Origin: an uncultured Gemmatimonadaceae bacterium
GTDB taxonomy: Bacteria; Gemmatimonadota; Gemmatimonadetes; Gemmatimonadales; Gemmatimonadaceae
Direction of reading: 5' to 3'
NCBI GenBank assembly: GCA_963740355.1
Contig: CAVUDW010000003.1
Location: 928,001-992,000, forward strand
Length of the DNA stretch: 64,000 nt
How positions within the stretch are numbered: position 1 is the stretch's first letter; each line of letters starts with the position of its first letter. The translations under genes and the position numbers were made by a program. The notes under the pieces are model-generated. The model searched no databases. It saw only the letters and a program-made list of their open reading frames with translations, and was not told where the DNA came from. Positions 28,170-38,255 of the stretch are shown here, one piece after another.

Positions 28170-29765
28170 CTAGTGCATGTCTGCCGGCGACATGGCCGTG
28201 CGATTGCGACCAGTGTGCCAGAGCAGGAGCAGCGGCAGGCCAAGCACCATCACGCTGGCGCTGATGAGGTAGATCTTGGAGAAGGAGATCACACTCGCCT
28301 GCGCCAGCACTTGCCGCTCCAGCACGCGGTAGGCCTGGGCCGCAGCGGTCGTCGCGTCGGAACCGCGCGATACGAAGGCACGCGACAGCAGCGCGATCCG
28401 CGAGACGACTTCTGGATCACCCGTGTTCATGTGCGTGATCAGGCTCGTGCGCGCGCTCGACGTGAACCGCGACAAGAGTGTGGCCATGATCGCAATACCG
28501 AGCGATCCCCCGAGCTGGCGCGTGAGGTTGAAGAGCGCCGTGCCCTGCGGCACACTCGCCGGCGAGAGCTCGGCCATGCTGGCATTGGTCAGGGGCACGA
28601 AGATCAGGCCCATGCCGACACCGCGCAGCATCAGCGGCCAGAACACGTCGTCCGCGCCCGCATCCAGCGAGAGACGCGACAGCCACCACATGCACAGCCC
28701 GAACATCGCCACGCCGGCCACGATGGTATACCGCGCGTCGAGCTTGTTCGCGTTGCGCCCGATGATCGCCATCGTGAACGCGCTCGCGATCGCACCGGGG
28801 AAGATCACCTTGCCCGTCTGCCAGGCCGTGAAGCCATGCAGCTGCTGCAGGAAGACCGGCAGGACGAAGATCGAGCCGTACATCGCGAGGCCCAATGCGG
28901 CCGCGAAAATCACGCCGACCGACAACTGTCGGCTCTTCAACACCCGCAGGTTGACGATCGGCTGCTCGAAGGTCAGCTCGCGCCAGATGAACCCGATCAT
29001 CGACAATGCACTGACCACGGCCAGCGTCGTCACCAGCCCGCTCTCGAACCAGTCGTTGCGTTCTCCCCGTTCGAGCATGAACTGCAGCGTCCCGATGCTC
29101 GTCGCCAGCAACACGATCCCGAGGATGTCGATCTTGGTGGCGCGCACCGCGTTCTTCGAGTCGCGCACGTAGTTCCACACCATCAGCGCGGCCATCAGGC
29201 CAAGCGGCACGTTGATGTAGAAGATCCACGGCCAGTCGTAATTGTCGACGATGTAGCCGCCGAGTGTCGGGCCAAGGGTGGGCCCCACCATCACGCCCAT
29301 GCCGAAGATCGCCTGCCCCTTGCCGACTTCCTTCGGCGGGAAGGCCTCGAACAGCGTCGCCTGCGCGGTACTCAGCAGCGCGCCGCCACCCAGCCCCTGA
29401 ATCACGCGCCAGAACACGAGGGACCAGAGACCAGTGGCCGCGCCGCAGAAGAAACTCGCGGCCACGAACAGCAGGATGCTCCCCGTCAGGTAGCGACGGC
29501 GGCCGAACCAGTTCGAGAGCCAGCTCGACATCGGGATCACGATCACGTTCGCGATGATGTAGCCCGTGCTCACCCACGCGATCTCGTCCAGCGTCGCGCC
29601 AAGGTTGCCCATCATGTGCGGCACGGCGACGTTCACGATCGACGTGTCCACCAGCTCGAGGACCGCCGCCAGCGTCACCGCGGCGGCAATCCAGTATCGA
29701 TTTGCGTACGGATCCTCGACGGTCGCGCCAGCGGCGGCCGTGCGGGGCATTACTGCGGTTGCCAT
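28170..29765 (-). CDS. emrB: DHA2 (EmrB/QacA) MFS efflux permease
   Basis: LELVDTSIVNVA, WVSTGYIIA, RVIQGLGGG, WPWIFYINVPLG, FNLTRQLGGSLGIA. Confidence 0.93.
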   Translation of the reverse strand: MATAVMPRTAAAGATVEDPYANRYWIAAAVTLAAVLELVDTSIVNVAVPHMMGNLGATLDEIAWVSTGYIIANVIVIPMSSWLSNWFGRRRYLTGSILLFVAASFFCGAATGLWSLVFWRVIQGLGGGALLSTAQATLFEAFPPKEVGKGQAIFGMGVMVGPTLGPTLGGYIVDNYDWPWIFYINVPLGLMAALMVWNYVRDSKNAVRATKIDILGIVLLATSIGTLQFMLERGERNDWFESGLVTTLAVVSALSMIGFIWRELTFEQPIVNLRVLKSRQLSVGVIFAAALGLAMYGSIFVLPVFLQQLHGFTAWQTGKVIFPGAIASAFTMAIIGRNANKLDARYTIVAGVAMFGLCMWWLSRLSLDAGADDVFWPLMLRGVGMGLIFVPLTNASMAELSPASVPQGTALFNLTRQLGGSLGIAIMATLLSRFTSSARTSLITHMNTGDPEVVSRIALLSRAFVSRGSDATTAAAQAYRVLERQVLAQASVISFSKIYLISASVMVLGLPLLLLWHTGRNRTAMSPADMH

Positions 29766-29815
29766 GCGGATTCAGCCTCTGTTCGGTGCAAGCCAGCGTA
29801 TCACTGCGACGTCTG

Positions 29816-30949
29816 CTACTTGGTGCTGACGTGTGCGACCACACTCAGGCCGATGCGCAACGGACGGGCGGCGTCGAGGCCCTTGGTGATGCGAATGCGC
29901 ACGGGAACGCGCTGCACGACCTTGGTGAAGTTGCCACTCGCGTTGTCGGGCGGCAGCAGCGTGAAGCGCGAACCGGTGGCCGCGCTGATGCTCTCCACCA
30001 CCCCTTCGATCTTGGCTCCGTCATAGGCGTCGACTTCGAGCTCCACCGGCTGACCCACGCGCAACTTCTCGAGCTGCGTTTCCTTGAAGTTGGCCGTGAT
30101 GAAAAGGCCGGTGTCGGACGCGATGTTCATCAGCGTCTGGCCCGGCTGCACCAGCTGGCCCACTTCCACCAGCTTCTTGCTGATCGTGCCGGCCGTCGGT
30201 GCCGTGATGCTCGTGAACGACAGCTGCAACGCGGCGTTGTCGCGCGCTGCGGCCGCGGCGCCAAGCCGTGCCTCAGCGAGACGAACACCGGCCTGCATGC
30301 CGGCGACGTTGGCGCCAGCTGCAGATTCCTGGCGCTGCACCGCAACCAGCTGTGCACGTGTCGCCGCCACCTGCGCCTTCGCGCCATCCAGCTGCTGCTG
30401 GCTGACGATGTTCTTCGCGGCGAGATCGGTGTAGCGTGCAAGGTCGGCCTCAGCCTTCACCAGTTGTGCACGGGCCGCATCGATGTTGGCGGCCTGCACG
30501 GCAGTCTGCGCCGACGCGGTGGCAACCATCGCCTGCGCCTGCCCCTGCCCCGTGCCACGACCGCCCGATGCGGCGCGAGCGGCAGCGAGATCCGCCTCGG
30601 CCTGTGCCAGGCGCACCTTGTACTCGCGATCATCGATCGTGACCAACTGCGCATTGAGCGCAATCCGATCGTTCTCACTCACCTTCACCGCCGTCACGAA
30701 CCCGCCGACCTTCGCCAGCACCGGCAGCACGTGGCCATCGATGAGGGCGTTGTCGGTGCTTTCGTGTGCGGCGGAGTATGTGAGCGTCTTGAAGGTCCAG
30801 AAGCCGCCGGCGATCACCAGCGCGCCAAGCACGAATGGCAATGGACTGCGCTTGGCCGGCTTGACAGCCGTGAATGGTGCTGCGGGTGCGGCCATCGGGG
30901 TCTCCTTCACTTCGCTGGGGGCTGTTTCGGGACGCGCTTGGGTAGTCAT
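29816..30949 (-). CDS. emrA: HlyD/EmrA periplasmic adaptor
   Basis: ESTDNA.IDG, ANFKETQL, ATGSRFTLLPPDNASGNFTKVVQRVPVRI. Confidence 0.93.
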   Translation of the reverse strand: MTTQARPETAPSEVKETPMAAPAAPFTAVKPAKRSPLPFVLGALVIAGGFWTFKTLTYSAAHESTDNALIDGHVLPVLAKVGGFVTAVKVSENDRIALNAQLVTIDDREYKVRLAQAEADLAAARAASGGRGTGQGQAQAMVATASAQTAVQAANIDAARAQLVKAEADLARYTDLAAKNIVSQQQLDGAKAQVAATRAQLVAVQRQESAAGANVAGMQAGVRLAEARLGAAAAARDNAALQLSFTSITAPTAGTISKKLVEVGQLVQPGQTLMNIASDTGLFITANFKETQLEKLRVGQPVELEVDAYDGAKIEGVVESISAATGSRFTLLPPDNASGNFTKVVQRVPVRIRITKGLDAARPLRIGLSVVAHVSTK

Positions 30950-30965
30950 GACGAAATCCTTCCGC

Positions 30966-32321
30966 TCAGCGGAGCGACGAGATGGCGCCCTGCGAGCGGG
31001 CGATCGATATCCGGGCCAACTGGCGGTTTGCCAGGGCATCAACCAGTTGTGTCCGCGCGCCACTGAGGGCGAGCAGCGCAGACGTCACATCGAGATTGCC
31101 GGCCACGCCGGCGGTGAAACGATCGCGCGACTGCGCGACTTCCTGCTCGGCCAGCTTGAGGCGCTCCTGCGCTGCGGCCACCGCCTCGCGAGTCGACGCA
31201 GCATCCAGCAGCGCGCTTCGCACATCCACACTCACCTGAGCCATCAAGTCGTTGCGCCGCGCCTCGAGTTCCTGCTCGACATAGGTCTGCTCATTCTGCT
31301 TGGCCTGGCGCCGCCATCCTTCGAACACCGGCACCTGCACTCGAAGTGCCCACGTGTAGGTGTTGAGCATGCGACTCAGATCCTTTCCGATGAAGCCATT
31401 GTCCGCCACCGCTGCCACCGTTGGCAGTCGCTCGGCACGGATCGCGCTCTGGGCAAGGTGGGCCGACTCGAGCTGCGAGTTGATCACCACGATCTCCGGA
31501 CGGAGGCGTGCAGCCGTCGCAAGGGCGTCCGTCTCGGCGGGCACTTCGAGGTCGCCGCTGTCCAGCGCGTCGGTCAGCTGCAGCGGCTGATCGAGCGGGA
31601 TGTTGATCGCGCGACGCAGGTCGAGTCGCGCCTTGTCGCGCTCGACGCGCGCACCGATCAGCTGCGAGCGGATCGACACCAACTGCGACTCGGCACGCGT
31701 CACATCGAGCGCAACGCCGGTGCCGGCGCGCAATGTCTCGCGGGCAATCCGCAGCAGGTCCGCGGCGAGCGTCGAATCAGCTGAACGCGCCTCGAAGACA
31801 GCCTCCGCACGCAAGACGCGAACGTACGCAATGGCAGCCTGTGTGGCCGCCGCCGCGCCGACCTGCTGCGTCTCGGTGCGGCTCGACACGCCCTGTTTCC
31901 GCGCCAGGCGCAATCGCGCGATGGCAGCCGGATCGTAGATGCTCTGCTGCACCCGCGCGCGGAAATCCGTGGTCGGCACCGGTCCGAGCACTTCACCGCG
32001 TGGATCGAAGAACGGCTCCTGACCCGCCGGCGTCGGGAAATCGATGCCCAGCGTCTTGGTGTTGAAGGTGCGGCTGTTCGTCTCGGCGATCCCCGATACC
32101 GTCGGCATCAAGTCGGCGCGGCGCTGGTTCACGCGCGCCTCGACCTGTGCGGCGCGCACGGTGCTGGCGATGACCGGAAGGCTGAGTTCACGAGCGCGCT
32201 GTGCCGCCTGCGCCATGCTCAGTGGCATGGGAGCCTGCGTGGCCTGCGCCGGCAGTGTGGCTGCGGCGGTGGCGACCAGCAACGCGGTGCGCAGCAGGGT
32301 GATGTTAGTTCGCGTGTGCAT
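30966..32321 (-). CDS. TolC family outer-membrane efflux protein
   Basis: Signal peptide, two OEP repeats (GVALDVTRAE, AGNLDVTSA, RPEI); operon context. Confidence 0.9.
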   Translation of the reverse strand: MHTRTNITLLRTALLVATAAATLPAQATQAPMPLSMAQAAQRARELSLPVIASTVRAAQVEARVNQRRADLMPTVSGIAETNSRTFNTKTLGIDFPTPAGQEPFFDPRGEVLGPVPTTDFRARVQQSIYDPAAIARLRLARKQGVSSRTETQQVGAAAATQAAIAYVRVLRAEAVFEARSADSTLAADLLRIARETLRAGTGVALDVTRAESQLVSIRSQLIGARVERDKARLDLRRAINIPLDQPLQLTDALDSGDLEVPAETDALATAARLRPEIVVINSQLESAHLAQSAIRAERLPTVAAVADNGFIGKDLSRMLNTYTWALRVQVPVFEGWRRQAKQNEQTYVEQELEARRNDLMAQVSVDVRSALLDAASTREAVAAAQERLKLAEQEVAQSRDRFTAGVAGNLDVTSALLALSGARTQLVDALANRQLARISIARSQGAISSLR

Positions 32322-33021
32322 TGGTCTGCGCGGAGGAATTCGTCGCTGGACGCATCGCAGCGAGAAAGAAATCGAGAACACGGTCGATGATCGCGTCGGC
32401 ATCCTGCAGCCGGTTCGCGTTGCAGATCGTTGGGTTGGCGCGCATCAGGGCGTGCTGCACCATCAAGGCATGAAGCATTCGTGCCGAGTCGGGCGCTTGC
32501 TCGGTGCCGAAGACACCATCGCGCACGCAGGCGTCGATACAGCCCTGCAACAGGCGCTGCCAGCGCAACGAGACACGCTCGGCGAAGAACTGGTTCAGTT
32601 CCGGCAGGCGTGGCAGCACGCTCGTGACGAGGCGATGCATGACCGGGAACTTCTCCTCGGTCACGTAGGACCAGTACGTGCGCACGACGCGATTGAAGTC
32701 GGCCAGCGCATCCGGGTCACGTGGCGCGCTCTCGAGTCGATCGAGGCGCACGACGACCGTTCGCCGGATCATCTCGCGAAAGAGCGCTTCCTTGTTCGGG
32801 AAGTAGAGATAGATCGTGCCTTTGGCGACGCCGGCGAGACGGGCAATGTCTTCGAGCCGCGTTTCGTCGAGGCCATCGGCCGCGAAGGCCGTAAAGGCGG
32901 CATCGATGATCTGCGCTTCGCGCTCTTCGGCCGGCCGCCGAGTGCGGAGCTCCGGCTTGCCGGCTGTCGGCTCGACGGTCGGTTCTACTGGATCAGTTTG
33001 TGTGACTGACGCGTCAGTCAT
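32305..33021 (-). CDS. TetR/AcrR family transcriptional regulator
   Basis: IIDAAFTAF...TRLEDIARLAGVAKGTIYLYFPNKEALF. Confidence 0.93.
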   Translation of the reverse strand: MTDASVTQTDPVEPTVEPTAGKPELRTRRPAEEREAQIIDAAFTAFAADGLDETRLEDIARLAGVAKGTIYLYFPNKEALFREMIRRTVVVRLDRLESAPRDPDALADFNRVVRTYWSYVTEEKFPVMHRLVTSVLPRLPELNQFFAERVSLRWQRLLQGCIDACVRDGVFGTEQAPDSARMLHALMVQHALMRANPTICNANRLQDADAIIDRVLDFFLAAMRPATNSSAQTNAHAN

Positions 33022-33089
33022 GAAAGTCTCCAAGAAAATCCGGCGCGTGCCGGGAGCCTTACAATACTGACCAGTCAGTCATTAAGCAA
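33003..33089 (-). promoter_or_regulatory. Sigma70 promoter with two TetR-type operator palindromes
   Basis: Perfect TGACTGACGCGTCAGTCA (33003-33020) over the start codon; ACTGACCAGTCAGT (33066-33079) between TTGCTT (-35, 33089-33084) and TATTGT (-10, 33066-33061), 17-bp spacer. Confidence 0.8.
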
Positions 33090-33199
33090 GACGGCGTCGG
33101 GTACCCGCGGACTGGCGAGGGGCCTGACACGCAGAACCGCCCGCCACCCCTGACTCGGGATGGCGGGCGGCGGGCAAGCAAGCCGGACCTGCGATGGCC

Positions 33200-33685
33200 C
33201 TACTTGTTGCACCCCGTCGTGCGACGGGTATCGGTGAGGGCGATGATCTTCCAGGCCTCGCCGACCTTCGCCACGTGGAAGACATCCACCCCACAGTGAC
33301 TGAGGGTCGTGCCGAGGAAGAAGGAGTAGTCCGTCCAGACCGAGGCGAGCGTCCCGTCGATCAGGACACGCGGATTGTAGATGCGCTCGTCATACACGGC
33401 CGCGTGCGGAGTGCCCATCGCCTTCACGAAGGCATCCACCGGCGTGAACTGGACCCGAGCCACGCCGTCGCGGCCGGTGTCCGAGCTCATCAGCGCGGCC
33501 ATCTGCGGGTGGAAGACCGCCCGCACCCGGGCGCTGTCGCCTGCCCGCATGGCGTCGAACAGCTCCCGGACGACCGCCAGCTGCTGCACCGTCTCCGAGG
33601 CCGGTGCCTGGGCCGCGACCTGCGGCGCGGACAGCACGACGCAGACGCTGAGCGCAGAGAGTGCCGTCAGAAATCGGCGCATCAC
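33200..33685 (-). CDS. Secreted NTF2-like (SnoaL/lumazine-binding-like) protein
   Basis: Signal peptide; ELFDAMRAGD, LASVWTDY.F....SHCGVD.F......WKI. Confidence 0.8.
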   Translation of the reverse strand: MMRRFLTALSALSVCVVLSAPQVAAQAPASETVQQLAVVRELFDAMRAGDSARVRAVFHPQMAALMSSDTGRDGVARVQFTPVDAFVKAMGTPHAAVYDERIYNPRVLIDGTLASVWTDYSFFLGTTLSHCGVDVFHVAKVGEAWKIIALTDTRRTTGCNK

Positions 33686-36600
33686 TTGTCACCGCCCGAG
33701 GCCTTGATCCCTGCCGCAGGTGACATCGGTTCGAGATTCTGCCACGGCTGTGCCGGCAGCGTCCGCGCCATCGGCCAGACCTCGTTCAGGGAGCTCGCCT
33801 CGTACAGGCGGCCGCCCTTCATCACGTAGCGCAGCGAGTTGGTATTGCGAATGTTGGTCAGCGGATCGGCGTCCATCACCAGCATGTCAGCCAGCTTGCC
33901 GACTTCGAGTGACCCGACGTCCTGTGCCAGGCCGATCGCTTCCGCACCATAGATCGTGGCCACTCGCAGCATGTCGTACGGCTTGATGCCGCCGCTCGCC
34001 ATTGCCCACATCTCCCAATGGAAGCCAAGGCCCTGCAACTGACCGTGTGAGCCGACGCCGATGCGTGCTCCACCATCGATCATGCGCCGCACGAAGTCAG
34101 CGTGACGCGGGAAGACGTATTCGTCCTCGCGGAACCAGCCGCCGGGGCCAGGACCCGATCCAAGCCCAACGCGACGCGACTTCGAATCGATCACCGCCAT
34201 CGGCATGAAGTGGGTCAGCTTCTTGTCGGTCTGGATGTCCTCGTGCGTGTAGTAGAAGTTCTCGCCCCACGGGCCACCGTAGCTCACCAGAAGCGTCGGT
34301 GAGTTGGTGGTGCCGCCCGCCTTGAACAGCTCGACCACGTCGCCGAACATCGGTGCGATCGGCAGTGCGTGCTCCACGCCGGGATAACCATCCAGCACGT
34401 GCGTGATGTCGAGCTTGTAGTCCAATCCACCTTCGGTGGTCGGCATGATGCCAAGCTCGCGCGCTGCCATGATCACCCACTGGCGCTGCTGACGATTGCC
34501 GGTCATGTACATCTTCAAGGTCTTCGTGTCGTAGTACTGCGCATAACGCTTGAGGATCGATCGCGCCTGATCGAGGTCCTTGATCTGTTCGGCGTTGAAC
34601 ACCCCGGGCCCAGTGGAATAGATGCGCGGCCCGATCATTCCACCGCTTTCCACGCGATCGGTGTACGTCAGCACATCGGTCGTGCTGGTCTGCGGGTCGC
34701 GCGTGGTGGTGACACCGTAGGCCAGCGTGGTGAGATACTGCCACACCTGCGACGTGTGAATGTCCTCCTGCAACCACTGTGCGTGATAGTGTGTATCGAC
34801 GAAGCCGGGGGTGATGGTCTTCCCCGCCACATCGATGATCTTCGCACCATCCGGCACCGTCACCGAGCCACGACGCCCGATTGCCACGATGCGACGATCC
34901 GTCACCACGATGTCGGCGTCCTCGATGATCTCCTGCCCCTTCATCGTCAGGGCGCGCCCACCGCGCAGCACGATCGTTCCAGTGGCGCGATCGCGAGGCA
35001 CCGTCACCGCAATGCGTGTCTCGACCGGCTTGTACCCGGGCTTGGCGGAATCCCCAGCGGCCTTCTTCACTGAATCGGCAACCGCCAGCGCCTTCTTCGC
35101 GCTATCGCTGAGCGACGCCCGCGTGCGTGCCACGGCCTTCAGCGAGTCATCCACCGTCTTCGCGCGATCGAGATCGTACACGAAGTAGGAGTTGGCGAGG
35201 GAATAGTGCACCCGGCGCCCGTCGCTGCTCCACGTCGCGAACTCACCGGCGACATCCGTCAGGCGACGCGCGGGGAAGCTGGCATTTGCCGGCATCGCGA
35301 TGTTGATCGTCGGCACCTGACCCGAGACCGGCGGCACCGTCACGACGTAGAGATCGTGCCCAACTTCCGCCACCGCCTGGTCACCTGTGGGTGCCATGCG
35401 AATGGAGTTGGCTGGCAACGGCATCGGCTGCCCCTCGAGCGCCAGCGACTGGTCGAGATCTGTGTGCATCACGTTCTCGCGGCTGAAGATCCGCGGGCCA
35501 CGCTGCGTCTCGGGAATGTTCGCCGATGACAATGTCGGACCGACGACCTTCACGATCGCCTTCTCGTCGGTGTTGTCCCACCGGAAGCTCACCAGCCCCT
35601 TCGCCTGCGAGAATGCGAACAGCCGCGACGAGTCGCGTGTGAAATGCAGGCCGCTGCGCCCATTCGCGGCGCCGATGGTCACCATGGCTCCACCGTCCGC
35701 CGGCACCCACACGAGCTGCTCGTCGAAGACACCGCCGCCGCCCGTGCCAAGAATCACCAGGTCGCGCGCATTCAGCATCACCGACGCGATGCGCTTCCCC
35801 GTTGGATCGAATGCGAGGTCACGGTAGATCGCCGGCAACGTCGTCAACTTCTTCGGTGCGGCCTTCGTATCCACGCGCACCGTGTAAATGTGTCCGCCTT
35901 CGCCATCCTTGAACGTCGAGAAGGCGATGGTGCGACTGTCGGGGCTCCACGTCGGCATCTGTTCACCGACATCCATCGTCGTCAGGCGACGCGGCGCGCC
36001 ACGTGGCAGGTCCATCACGTACAAACGATCGACGGCCGTGAAGGCGAGCTTCGTGCCGTCGGGCGATGGCGTTGCGTTACGAATCTGCCGCGCCGTGAAC
36101 GTCGCGCTGTCATTCACTCGCCACGCGAACTTCACCTCAGGGCCGATCGCCACCTCGGCATCGACCGAGAACGGGATCTTCGCCGGCGCGCTGCCATCCA
36201 CTGGCACACGCCAGATCTCGCCACCATAACTCACCACGATCGACTTGCTGTCGGGCATGAAGCTGTAGCCGGGCAGGACGTCGAGCGGCGCGCGTGACTC
36301 CTGATCATCGCGCTGCACCGGATACGCCAGCCAGCGCTCATCCCCGCTCTGCAAGTCGCGAATCCGCAGCCCCGTCTCGACACCGCTGCGCGTACCGTAC
36401 ACGAGATACTTGCCATCGGGCGACAGTGCCGGCCGGAACGCCGAGCCATAACGCGCCGACACCACGCGACGCTCGCCAGTTTCGCGATCGTACACGTTCA
36501 GCTGGTACTGCGGCAGCAACGCATTGTAGGTCCAGTCGCCGGTGCGCGAGGCGAACCAGATCTGCTTGCCATCCGCCGAGAATGCCGCACCGAGCGTCTT

Positions 36601-37224
36601 GATGGTGGTGGGCTGCGAGATCAGCTGGATGCCGCTGCCACCATCGACATGCCACATCCACAACTTCGCGGCGCCACCGAGCGGGCCACCGCTGCGCGAT
36701 GCCACGATGTACCTGCCGTCGGGCGTCCACTCGGGCGACAGCATCAAGGCGTCATTGCCCTTCGTAACCTGCGTTGAATCCTTGCCGTCGATGGTCTGGA
36801 TCCAGACGTTGTCGCCGCCACTGCGATCGGAGATGAAGACGATGCGCTTCCCGTCGGGGCTGTAGCGTGGCTGTGCATCGAATGCGTTGCCGCTCGTGAA
36901 TCGCGTCGCGGTGCCACCGGTGATTGGCACGGTGTAGAGATCACCAAGCAGGTCGAACACGATCGTCTGCCCGTCGGGACTGACGTCGAGCGACATCCAG
37001 GTCGCCTTCGAGGTCGTGAACCGCGCCGACCGGGTGGCAACCAGCGGCAGGTCCCGCTTTGGCGCGGCACCGGGCTTGGCGGCCGAATCAGGCTTCGGCG
37101 TCGGCTGGGCCACGGCGGTCGCCGGCAGCGCGACCGACAACAGCATCGAGAGCGGCACGACGACCGCGGTGAGCGCGAGGTGCACCGGGTGGCGGAGCAG
37201 GTATCGCATCGAACGAGCAATCAT
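33682..37224 (-). CDS. PD40/TolB-like beta-propeller + amidohydrolase family protein
   Basis: Signal peptide; TWMSLDVSPDG; PGFVDTHYH; GVTTTRDP; GSLEVGKLAD; paralog of 3-3236. Confidence 0.9.
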   Translation of the reverse strand: MIARSMRYLLRHPVHLALTAVVVPLSMLLSVALPATAVAQPTPKPDSAAKPGAAPKRDLPLVATRSARFTTSKATWMSLDVSPDGQTIVFDLLGDLYTVPITGGTATRFTSGNAFDAQPRYSPDGKRIVFISDRSGGDNVWIQTIDGKDSTQVTKGNDALMLSPEWTPDGRYIVASRSGGPLGGAAKLWMWHVDGGSGIQLISQPTTIKTLGAAFSADGKQIWFASRTGDWTYNALLPQYQLNVYDRETGERRVVSARYGSAFRPALSPDGKYLVYGTRSGVETGLRIRDLQSGDERWLAYPVQRDDQESRAPLDVLPGYSFMPDSKSIVVSYGGEIWRVPVDGSAPAKIPFSVDAEVAIGPEVKFAWRVNDSATFTARQIRNATPSPDGTKLAFTAVDRLYVMDLPRGAPRRLTTMDVGEQMPTWSPDSRTIAFSTFKDGEGGHIYTVRVDTKAAPKKLTTLPAIYRDLAFDPTGKRIASVMLNARDLVILGTGGGGVFDEQLVWVPADGGAMVTIGAANGRSGLHFTRDSSRLFAFSQAKGLVSFRWDNTDEKAIVKVVGPTLSSANIPETQRGPRIFSRENVMHTDLDQSLALEGQPMPLPANSIRMAPTGDQAVAEVGHDLYVVTVPPVSGQVPTINIAMPANASFPARRLTDVAGEFATWSSDGRRVHYSLANSYFVYDLDRAKTVDDSLKAVARTRASLSDSAKKALAVADSVKKAAGDSAKPGYKPVETRIAVTVPRDRATGTIVLRGGRALTMKGQEIIEDADIVVTDRRIVAIGRRGSVTVPDGAKIIDVAGKTITPGFVDTHYHAQWLQEDIHTSQVWQYLTTLAYGVTTTRDPQTSTTDVLTYTDRVESGGMIGPRIYSTGPGVFNAEQIKDLDQARSILKRYAQYYDTKTLKMYMTGNRQQRQWVIMAARELGIMPTTEGGLDYKLDITHVLDGYPGVEHALPIAPMFGDVVELFKAGGTTNSPTLLVSYGGPWGENFYYTHEDIQTDKKLTHFMPMAVIDSKSRRVGLGSGPGPGGWFREDEYVFPRHADFVRRMIDGGARIGVGSHGQLQGLGFHWEMWAMASGGIKPYDMLRVATIYGAEAIGLAQDVGSLEVGKLADMLVMDADPLTNIRNTNSLRYVMKGGRLYEASSLNEVWPMARTLPAQPWQNLEPMSPAAGIKASGGDK

Positions 37225-37240
37225 CGAGCAACTCTCCCTG

Positions 37241-37280
37241 AAAAAGAAAGCATCGGTGCGCGCCAATGGCGCACCGATGC
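37241..37280 (-). terminator. Rho-independent terminator
   Basis: GCATCGGTGCG/CGCACCGATGC stem followed by TTTCTTTTT on the minus strand. Confidence 0.75.
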
Positions 37281-37306
37281 GTGAGACAACCGAAACAAGC
37301 GAAGGG

Positions 37307-38029
37307 TTACCGCGGTGTGTACTTGCCGGCGACCTTCGCGGTTTCCGTCCCGACGCTCATCGTACCGGCCACCGCCGTGCCGGTCACCGTCAGCGTGAGC
37401 TTGTAGGCGCCGAGCGGCGTGTCACCAGAAATCACGATCACGTTGCCCGCGACGCTGCCAGTGCCGATCTCCACGTCACCGCGCTCCGGGTTGGAACAGG
37501 TGCCGCCAATGGCGCCAGCAGCATTCTTCGTCACGAGGCAGTTCACGACGAAGTTCGCGTCGCCAAGCAGCGGCTCGGACGATTTCAGCTCGTAGACGCC
37601 GACACCACTGATGGCGCCCATCGACGCCGGTGCCGACGCGCCAGCGCCTGCGGGCGCGAAGGTGCCGTCGAGCGTCATTTCCGCGCCCTGATAGACCACG
37701 GTGCCCGACACCTTGTCGCCCGACCCGAACTTCATCGCCACGGCCACGCCGCCATCCGGCGTGTCGACCTGGATGTTGACGCCAGCATCCGACGGCGTGA
37801 CCGTCGTCACTGCCATGGTCGGGAATCCATCGGCCGAGAGCGTGCCGGCGAATGCGCTTCCCTCCTTCTTCAGGACGATCACAGCCTTCACGGGCCCCTG
37901 TGGGCTGGTGATGGTCGTGTTGTAGGTGCCGGTCACGTTTCGGGCCTGTGCTGCGGCAGCACGTGGGGCACTCGCGAACGCAGCAAGCGCAACAGCGCTG
38001 AGGACGGCACGACGAAGGAGAACCTGCAT
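37307..38029 (-). CDS. Secreted hypothetical protein with two small beta-rich domains
   Basis: Signal peptide from MQVLLRR; VTGTYNTTITSPQG...; Ala/Gly linker. Confidence 0.7.
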   Translation of the reverse strand: MQVLLRRAVLSAVALAAFASAPRAAAAQARNVTGTYNTTITSPQGPVKAVIVLKKEGSAFAGTLSADGFPTMAVTTVTPSDAGVNIQVDTPDGGVAVAMKFGSGDKVSGTVVYQGAEMTLDGTFAPAGAGASAPASMGAISGVGVYELKSSEPLLGDANFVVNCLVTKNAAGAIGGTCSNPERGDVEIGTGSVAGNVIVISGDTPLGAYKLTLTVTGTAVAGTMSVGTETAKVAGKYTPR

Positions 38030-38255
38030 GGCAAAATCCCTGGCTGGATGAAACGGCGCTGGACGAGGGGAACCGGCTCTCGGCTCCCGCAGCACCAAAT
38101 CCTCACTGGCGACCGCGACGGACACAAGCAGCCCAGACCGGGATCGTTGCACCACGCTGGCCGCTCCGTGACCGAAGCGGCACACGCCGGTCACCCACCC
38201 TCTACCTGGGTGCGGGTTATTGCGCCTGTAGCAAACCTCCACCCAGGGGACGGCG

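Noticed and set aside
28104..30026. 640-aa plus-strand ORF and similar long antisense ORFs (25405-26925, 42898-44877, 60555-61955)
   Set aside because: Antisense shadows of well-supported genes, expected at high GC.
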